From Octopus bimaculoides (Eukaryota): a stretch of 64,000 nt of DNA. Of the stretch, positions 55,346-64,000 are shown piece after piece. Where the stretch lies: contig NC_068998.1 in NCBI RefSeq assembly GCF_001194135.2, positions 23,930,116 through 23,994,115 on the forward strand, in the 5' to 3' direction. How positions within the stretch are numbered: the first letter of the stretch is position 1; every line of letters begins with the position of its first letter. Under the pieces are notes generated by a model. That model saw only the letters and a program-made list of their open reading frames with translations, was not told the DNA's origin and searched no databases. Position numbers and translations under genes: made by a program.

Positions 55346-55687
55346 TCATGAGTGTTAATGTAGCACAATCTCTCTCATTGCATCTAAGCCGAAGTGCTTG
55401 TTCTAAAGCGGCAAATAAATGTTTTGCATTGATGTAGGTAGTTGAAGTCCATATACGACCCAGATTTTGAAGAATCTTTTCCGGCTACGGTTTTCTAAAA
55501 TTATATGTACCTTTGGCATTGACACAGAGAAGAGGGATATCATAGCATACCATAAAATCTATGTACTTCATTTGTATTTTTGACTGTTGTTTTTGCACTT
55601 ATGATTGATATTTCATGTTACCACACAGCCCATGCAATGGTAAATGATTTAGTAGCTTATCCTGTTGTAGCAAGTATTTGTTATGCA

Positions 55688-55980
55688 TTTGTGTTAGGCT
55701 ATTATTGTATGCATTCACGAGATTTAATCGATAATGCTGTAACAAGAGCAAACCTTGGTTAGCTTTCTATTCTTACAATTTTTACTGACAGTCTTCAACA
55801 CTTAGTCAAACAAATAAATACAGGATGTAATGGTATATCTTCGCTACTTTGGTGGTTCAAAGCTTCTTCTTTGTCATCAGCACGACAATCGTTCTAATTT
55901 ATCCCAACAGCACAAAATCATGCTGATGACGTATATTGAAGCAGAAACAAGTATATGTTCACAATTTGCTTGTCTACCTT
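55688..55980 (+). repeat. Right arm of ~300-bp inverted repeat with hammerhead motif (plus strand, 55915-55967)
   Basis: aaaucaug-CUGAUGA-cguauauugaagca-GAA-ACAaguauaUGU-U-cacaauuu; stem I becomes a perfect 8 bp if two CpG decays are reversed; stem II decayed. Confidence 0.75.
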
Positions 55981-56049
55981 TAGATACCCAAATATCGGCT
56001 CATACGTTGATTTCTACAAGTGGTCACGTATTGGTCGAGTCTTTCAACA

Positions 56050-59000
56050 GGGAGAAGCACAGCAGCATCGATAACGGTACTGAAATGATAAAATGATTCT
56101 ATTATAACAGATTTGTGAAGCGAATACAGGATAAAAACAGACCTACCGAGCGCGAGCAAATATGTCTATTCGCTGGTGCCTATCATCAGCTTTAAAAAGA
56201 GGAACCTTTCCTGGTATTCTTCAGTGAGTTGGAATGCGCAGTTGAGTTCGGATCTCGGCAGAGAGGAAGTCTATGTCGCACGTAGCCATTTACTCGAACG
56301 TCTGGTCCTTTCTTCTAGAAAAAGCCGTGTCACGTATCCATTTCCCTGCTCTATCCACGAACCAACTGCATGAGAAACCAATGTGTATATTTTCTGACAG
56401 TATCATTTAAAATGTATTCAACAATTTTGCCGAGTTAATACTCTTTAACGGGTTGAATAAATAGTCGCATTTAATCTTACCCGATTTTCTCGTTCTTCCT
56501 TGACCCACATACACATATGTATATTGAAAATGAAACCATCTTAAATCTTCAACCAACCTATCTGTTAAACTCGTCATTCAGGTCTACTCTTCATTACTTC
56601 ATTACATTTAGGTCTAGCCTTCATTACTTCAATCTGCAACTCTAAATGGACACAAAATTCAAGGAAGCATCCTTCTATGTTAGATATACAATCACGCGTA
56701 GAGCAAAATTTCCTACTAAAAGCAAAAAACAATGAATTTGATTACTAAATACTAGCATCATCTTTTTTTCAGGTGCATGATTCCGAGAGGACTTTTTGTT
56801 TTCATTAAGACAATTTCAAAGTACACTTTGAACTCAGACTTCTAAGCATATTTTGCACTTTTGGCATAACTGTCTTTTGCAAAATCCATCTGCAGTGTCA
56901 CTTCTCTCTCACATTATCCTTTTATTTTTGGTTGTATTTCCAACTATTCCTTCACTCCAACTAGTTATTTATACACTTACATTTGAAAAACAAATTCTTT
57001 TTGCATATGCAACTGACAGGGACGTACTCTCTTGCGAGTGACCCCTAAGATGTATATAAAAATATGTATAAATATGTATGATTATACATGCATGTCTCTA
57101 TATGCATCGCACCCCCACAAATATACGTGCTGGTGAGCGACGGTTTCTGCATACATTTCGTTTATTAAACACCCCTCACAAACACCACTCGCAACATATT
57201 CTTCAATTCAAAACAACTGTCTTGAGATTTCCACACGGACATGGCATTGGATATAAGGTATGACCTTGATGGAGAAATGATTCATATTTCCCGTAAGTGC
57301 TGTGACCACCGAGAAGATTTCTCATTTGCTCAGTAACAGTGCATTGCTTGATAAATGTGTGAAGTACACTACTACAGGGTGTCCAAAAAGTCACTGATGG
57401 CTTTCAATTTTAATAACTTTCTTAACTTTACAAATAAATGCATGAAATTATGATACAATTTAAAGGACATAATGGAAATTAATATGCACAAGTTAAATTT
57501 TGTAACACTACTACATCACATATGAAAAATGACATCGCAGCCATTTTCGGTTTCGCACGCCCATGCTCTTTCCAAAATTTGCACCATAACACCCTCAAAA
57601 GTTTGAGACACTACTGCCCTGATTTCTCTATTGATTTTCTCCTTCAGTTGCACCAGGGTAATGCCACAAGAAAAAATCCGGGCTAGTCAAGTCTTGGGAA
57701 TGTGAAGGCCAGTTGACATTGCCGTAGCGGGAGATTATTCTCTCTCTAAAGCACTGCGTAGCTACTGCATTGTTTCTCTTGCAGTATGAGCTGTTTCTCC
57801 ATCTTGCTGGAACCACGTGTGAGGTCTTACCTTGAATGGTCTTCACGTTCTACAGACTTAACTAGCCCGGAGAAGGAAGGGTTTACGTCGACAAACCGGA
57901 TATCTTGGTGCAACTGAAGGGGAAAATCAATGGAGAAATCAGAGAAGGGGGTCTGAAACTCTTGAGGGTGTTATCGTGCAAGTTTTGGAAAGAGCACGGC
58001 TGCCATTTAAGTGATGTAATTTTTCATATGCGATGTAGGGTGTTGCAAAATTTGACTTGTGCATATTAATTTCCATTATGTCCTTTATGCTGTATCAAAA
58101 TGTCATGCATTTATGTGTAAAGTTAAGGAAGTTATTAAAAATTGAAACCCATCAGTGACTTTTGGGACAGCCAGTATAATAGTAAATGTATGAATAAAAA
58201 CATGTTGTGATTGTTTTTGGAAAAAGGTATAATCAATTTAGAAGCACATCAAGGAAAACAGTTTTATCGGAGAGGGAAAAGTGTAGAGAAATGCGAACTC
58301 GATAGTTTGGGCTTTGCATGTGATAGATCACCTATTAATAGTGTGTTTCAAAACTATCCAGCATGTGGCATCTATTGTAGAAAGTATGTGTTCAAACGAC
58401 GGAAATGATTATGATAACGTTCAATAATTCTGGCACGGAATGATGATAAGGAAGACAGTAGAGATGAGATGGATGAAGAGGAGATGTATTATGATTATAA
58501 TAACTGTGATGAAGAGGAGAAAAAATGGTAAGGAGAAGGATTATCGCGAATATGACAACGACAACGGCGGTGCTGATTGAAGTTACAGAATTTCAAATTC
58601 TTGGCAGAGATGGTTATTATAAATTTTCTGAAACTAAGTTTTCTTCTTGGCAGTTTATTTGGAACGTAAGTATAAGGTTGTTGTAGCTTTTTTGTTACTG
58701 TTCGAATAATTTTTGTAAATGCTTATCATTATATAAAATGTTCTGTCAATTCCAACAGTTTAATAGAGCGTTTTCAAATTGAAAAACTGAACTACTTATT
58801 AGATAGTTTAGATATAAGAATACAATATTAGTTTTCCTTAACTAAATTATTGGGTTATTCAAATGCCAAGGAAGCTGTCTTACATATTAACTTACCTATC
58901 TTTTATTTTTCATCCTGTATTCGCTTCACAAATCTGTTATAATAGAATCATCAAATGATTTCAATACCGCTTCTGTTATCGATGCCGCTGTGCTTCTCCC
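56050..59000. mobile_element. Possible ~2.95-kb TIR element (GGGAGAAGC...GCTTCTCCC), superfamily unknown
   Basis: ~85-bp inverted repeats at 56050-56132 and 58912-59000, with a 40-bp identical core; no exact TSD and no transposase seen. Confidence 0.4.
57375..58174. mobile_element. 800-bp palindromic derivative of a DD41D (rosa-type) Tc1/mariner element built from two 3' ends
   Basis: TA flanks; CAGGGTGTCC terminus; arms ~57375-57700 and ~57835-58174; minus strand WFQQDGETAHTARETMQ...NWPSHSQDLTSPDFFLW (41 residues D to D); plus strand WSSRSTDLTSP...GCHLSDVIFH. Confidence 0.85.
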
Positions 59001-59039
59001 AAAACATCCAACACTACAACCACTACCAAATTCACCAAT

Positions 59040-59045
59040 ACCACT

Positions 59046-59117
<72 letters not shown>

Positions 59118-59145
59118 TTCGCTGCTGCTGCTGCTGCTGCTACCA
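59040..59145. repeat. Compound (CTA)n(CTG)n microsatellite
   Basis: Direct reading; explains the poly-S/L/Y/C ORFs. Confidence 0.97.
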
Positions 59146-61220
59146 CTGGACACTTGTCGTTTCGACGAATGAGTGTTCAGCAAAACACAGCTGCGTAGTG
59201 TTCTTAGCTCAATATTTAAAAAAACGAAAGATGCTGTTGTTGTTAGTAATGGTATCTTGGTTTGCTGAATGACCTGCACGATAAATATTATTTCAGTGAG
59301 CATGGCTCGTGCTGTTTCAGTCCCACTCTATTGTCCTTGAAACTTATATTGGTTTGGGCCTACAAAAGTCATGAAGCCAGTAGTTATCAGGACGCACAAT
59401 CTGAATGGAATTACCTTCTCTTAGATGATCAGCTAAAGAGCTGAAAGGCCTTATCTTGCCCTATATATGTTGGTGTGTCTGTTATTGACATACGTCCGGA
59501 ATTATCCCGCTATCCTTATCGTTTAATTTAAAGCTTTTTCTTTATAAAATCATCAGTTTAAGAAGCATAAGTTTTTTCATATACCTTCTTCCTGAGTGTT
59601 GATTCTCATTCAGAATTATGGTCTGTCTAGCAACATTGTCACAAGATTTACTGCTTTTGTTTCTATGTTCATAACTAACTGCAGTATGCGTTGTACAAAT
59701 CTGTGTTTACTTGGCGGTTTGTCATTTTTTGCTTTGCAATTTTGTTTTAGATTGACGCTTTGTGTTTGCAGAATTTTCGAGAATTTACCTAATAGCTGTT
59801 GTGGCATATTCTACCGGTGTATACAGAAGGCATGTTTCTAAACAAATAAACGAATTTTTACAAAATAAATATAAAATATCCAATGACAGCTGTTAGCGCA
59901 ATAATCCTCCAAAGAAATTTTATAAAGTATAAATACGGTAATACAGCATTTCAACAGAGTTATATTTGATATAGTCTGTTCTCAAAAGACAGTAAAACAA
60001 CAACAGTTATATATTGTGCTGTATTTCGTTGATTTCAAATCACATTTGATACAGTAGAAGTTTTGTCTTTCGGAGGCTAATAAAAGAACTACCAGTGTGG
60101 TAATGTGACTGATGCTGTCTACTCTGTCAATGAAATCCAAGTCGTATCAGCGCCATCGACAGATGATGAGCGCTAGTAAAAAATATAACATAAATGAAGA
60201 GGATATTTCATACAGTGGTATATTCCAATGATTTATTGAGAAGGGATATAATCAATTGGATGAATCCCAGTATATGTTTGGCTTTATATTTCTTATTGAC
60301 ACTGCTTTCAAATCAATCAATACTGGTCATGTACTATGGTTAATTCAATCGATTAACGTTCTATTTTGGAATATAAATGTCCTTGTGAAAATGTTAGGTA
60401 TTACAGTAATAACTTAAGAGCTTTGTTGTAGCAAGGATATGAATTAGATTTTTATATTTCCCAGCCATAATCCTTGTAGCATGACACAAATAATGTCTAT
60501 AGATTTATAAATACGAGCTCGATAAAAGCTTTTATGTCTATGGCGTAATCTACTCACCAAGACTATATTTCGTTGACTAAACTCACAACTCATGTGAGTA
60601 ATGAAATAGCACGCATATTCACTAAACCAGAATTATTGTGCATATTTCATTCCATTCTGTTTATTTCTTTGAAATATTAACGAAATTCCATTACCTTGTG
60701 CTTATTCCATTTACTTTTGCTTATATCATCTGCAAGCCAATGCCGGAGCGTATCTGTATTTTCTATACCTGCTAGAAATAGTTTCGTAATCTCCCTCAAA
60801 TCGAGCAATGCTACTTAAAAAATGGATGAACGTATTGGATACTATTGCTCTGAACACACTGTGCCTGCAGCAACGACGGCGTAGAAATAATGAACACGTT
60901 TCGCCACAGTATATTCCATAAGAATTGTGTTGATATCAAAGAACAAAATTAACTCTTATAATATAACGAATACTTCGTTAGCTAAGGATTATACTATTCT
61001 GAGATAAAATGCAGAAATGTAAGAGATTAAAATGCAAAGAGAAGACTATTTAATAATATTAAATGCTAAATGCTAAATAACAAGAAGTCAATAACCAATG
61101 GTCGCGAAAATGGGAAAATTAACAAATATTCTTTTCTCATTTTTACCTTCTTCAAACGCTTAATTTAACTTGTTACAATATATATCCTTTAAAGTTTAAA
61201 TCTATTATTCTTTTATTTTG

Positions 61221-61422
61221 ACGAGGGCTGCTGAGAAGTTCCTGATTTTATAGGTGTCATGAAAGGCCTGTTTAGAGGCCTAGCTTACCGAGTCCTTTTA
61301 CAGTGCTTAGAAAAACAAAAGGACCGACGCAATATGTGTGTAAATTTGAGAGGAGAATACGTTGAATAAAATCATAATTAACTGAACCTCAAGTATTGTC
61401 TTTTATCCAAAACCAGGAACTT
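61221..61422. mobile_element. Mariner-derived MITE, right end truncated by a SINE
   Basis: acgagggctgctgagaagttcctg left end; partial ccaggaactt right end. Confidence 0.4.
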
Positions 61423-61709
61423 ATTCTATCCCTCTCATTTTGCCGAACCACTAAGTTACAGGGAAGTAAGCACACCAACATCGGTTGTCAAGTGAAAGTG
61501 GGAACAAACACAGACACAAATACACGCTTAAACACATACATACATATACGACAGGATTCATCAAGTTTCCACCTCCCAAATCCGCTCACAAAACTATGGT
61601 CGACCCGATGCTATAGGAGAAGATACTTGCTGAAGGTGTTACGATGTGGGGGATGAACCTGGAAACATGTAGTTGGGAAGCAAGCCTGTTACAACATAGC
61701 TACGCCTGT
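61416..61709 (-). mobile_element. tRNA-derived SINE family 1 (3'-truncated)
   Basis: Homology to 21858 and 4262. Confidence 0.8.
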
Positions 61710-62213
61710 GCACCACACTTTTCGCACTCCATAGTCAATAAACCAATGTTTGGTGCAATGTTACAAATTTATTAAATCAATTTTTACATTAATAACATTC
61801 CTGAGTTCAAAAACATTAGCAACTTTAACTTGGGGCATTCTGAAGGATATACGGCAAAGCTGATCAGGTGGAGTTTGAACTTGCAAGAGACGTAGCCAAA
61901 TTCTTCAAGCTAATTTGTTTAACAATTAAGATTTTGTTAAGTACAAATGATTGAAATTTAATTAGTATTATATATACATTATACTATAGGCACTAGTCCC
62001 TACATTTTGAGTGAGGAGGCTTATCGATATCGAAAGAGTAAAACGCAAGGTCATCTGCAGCCTAACTGGAACTCGGAACAGCTATTAAATCACCCACTTT
62101 AACATCCTTCTGTATGAGGCGACACCACTTTCTTGGTAATAGGCGAATATTAACAAGTAAAAATACATAGCGAGAGGCAAAAAGAATAGATATTTATATA
62201 TATATATATATAT

Positions 62214-62318
62214 NNNNNNNNNNNNNNNNNNNNNNNNNNNNNNNNNNNNNNNNNNNNNNNNNNNNNNNNNNNNNNNNNNNNNNNNNNNNNNNNNNNNNNN
62301 NNNNNNNNNNNNNNNNNN
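62214..62318. other. Assembly gap (N run)
   Basis: N run after (TA)n. Confidence 0.99.
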
Positions 62319-63369
62319 TCTATATGCTCAAATTCTTTATTTGTAGTTTCTAAAAATATGTAAGCAGAAGTTAAAATATTTCACTCCTGTCAAAACAAGT
62401 CACACAAAAAATGCCAAAACATTTGGCCCTATTAATTCAGCAACAAATGCAACGTTGACATTGAAATGTTGCCAATATTCTTTTACTGTTTTTCTTATTC
62501 ATGATGCGAATTAAATAATCCGAAAAATATATTTAATTTTAATGTTTTCATGTCTAAGTTACTAATTTAATAAAATTTTCTACGATATTGTCTAGCTCTT
62601 AAAAGTTTTCTAAAGAGCTTTTAATATTTTCTTGCTTTTGCTTTGCTCGTAATTTTTTTTTCACCAATTTCAACAGAATGTACATAGCTAAAAATAGCAC
62701 ATTTCTTTGATGTAATTTCTTATTTTCTTCTTCTCTGAGTAAAACTCGAAAATAAGTCCAAAACTACTTTTATTTCATATTTATATCTGTAAATAAATTG
62801 AAGAACCTATTAAAATAAGAAGTGGCTACAGCTGTTCTCGTGTTAGTTTCTTTTTTGACAGCTATTGAAAATAATTTTCAACAATCTTTTCAGCATAAGA
62901 TTTCCGTTTCAGTTTGTTATAGTTTATTTTGTTATTACTTGTATGTTTTCGTTTGTTTTTATCAGTTTCTTAGGTTAGCGTGGATTGCTTGAGTGGATTC
63001 TTATTAAATTTGAATAAATTGGTTTATAACTATAAATTAACATGCTGACATTTCCTTAGTCGAACACAAAGAAAATTAGATTAGTATCACGCTTAAAAAC
63101 ATAAATCAGCAACATATATTTCAGTATCTACCTGTACAGTAAGCGGCAAATTGCCATAGGAGAGCTCTAAACATGAGAATATCTAATTTCCCTTAACCTA
63201 GAAGTGGGGAGACAATGCGTGCGAAACAACGAGTAGGTTTCTAAATGGGCACTGTACAATTCAACTTCTACCTCTATTCATATTCAAGTCACAATCTACC
63301 GTTCTAACAATCTGCTTGTAGTTATTTTTCTCGACTTATCACATTCTGTATCACATTTTCTACCACATC

Positions 63370-63660
63370 TTGTTTTTTGCGATCGGTGGCCATCTTTGCT
63401 TTTCGTGCGTGCAACAATCATTCTAATTTCGCACTAGCGCTCTCAGCGGGGAGCCCCTGTAGTGAGGCACAAGAAGCCAGCGCCATTTTGTACGAGATCT
63501 CTCCGGTAGCCATTACCACGTCCGAGACAGGAGCGAGATCTCGCCTGCAACCATTTGCCATACACAGTGTCTGAAATAGAAGCAAAATGCACGTAGCTGT
63601 ACTAGAAAAAACTTCGATCAAATCATCACTAGCTAATCAAATCAACCGCTATTGTTATGA
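63370..63660. promoter_or_regulatory. CpG-rich candidate promoter/5' region
   Basis: GC- and CpG-rich island in AT-rich DNA; two YY1-like motifs (gccatcttt ~63389, cgccattttg ~63481), both reading AA(A/G)ATGGC on the minus strand; palindrome gcgagatctcgc. Confidence 0.35.
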
Positions 63661-63919
63661 GCATGCTAACAGTTACTGCTTCGTTTGAACTTTGGGCTTT
63701 AAGTTACTTAAAATACTCATTATGATCAGATTGGAAGATTCTTTTGATTTACATAGACTTTTCTTATAGGTACACATCATAAACGTGAAAAATTATACTA
63801 AGATAATTAAATGGGCCTAGCGACATACATGATATATGGTTTATAAAGTCCAGAAGGATCAAAGACAAAGTCAACTGTAAATGTATTTTATCTAACTGTA
63901 TAGGAATATCAGACTCTGT

Positions 63920-63938
63920 GTGTATATATATATATATA

Positions 63939-64000
<62 letters not shown>
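63920..64000. repeat. (TA)n/(TG)n microsatellite
   Basis: Direct reading. Confidence 0.97.

Noticed and set aside
56220-56290. Minus-strand ATG with good context (MATCDIDFLSAEIRTQLRIPTH*)
   Set aside because: Stops after 22 codons before the only donor (GTAGGT ~56148); at most a uORF.
58926-59303. 125-aa minus-strand ORF with poly-Ser
   Set aside because: Openness comes mainly from the (CTA)n(CTG)n repeat; no domain recognised.

Overview
AT-rich, microsatellite-dense eukaryotic genomic DNA with five N gaps, each bordered by (TA)n on at least one side. The SINE families, RTE-type tails and (AAT)n/(CA)n load look like an octopus (coleoid cephalopod) genome; this is inferred from the repeat content, not proven. 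No protein-coding host gene could be identified with confidence, and nearly all listed ORFs are microsatellite, N-gap or decayed-transposon artefacts. The window holds decayed mobile elements. These include R4/Dong-type RLE LINE fragments tied to (TAA)n, a Tx1/L1 RT fragment, a full-length Chapaev3 (CMC) transposon with TAA TSD, and DD34D mariner, DD37D maT and DD41D rosa-type elements. Many tRNA-derived SINEs and RTE 3' tails are also present. The most striking signal is four unrelated short repeat families that carry type I hammerhead-ribozyme motifs (3.6 kb; 31.9/33.1 kb; 48.0/48.4 kb; 55.1/55.9 kb). Three of them sit inside fold-back (inverted-repeat) structures, suggesting a Penelope/retrozyme-like system of non-autonomous ribozyme elements. 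A CpG-depleted domain (~10-54 kb) between CpG-richer flanks suggests a methylated gene body, with only weak candidate plus-strand exons. All alignments, folds and counts were done by eye.
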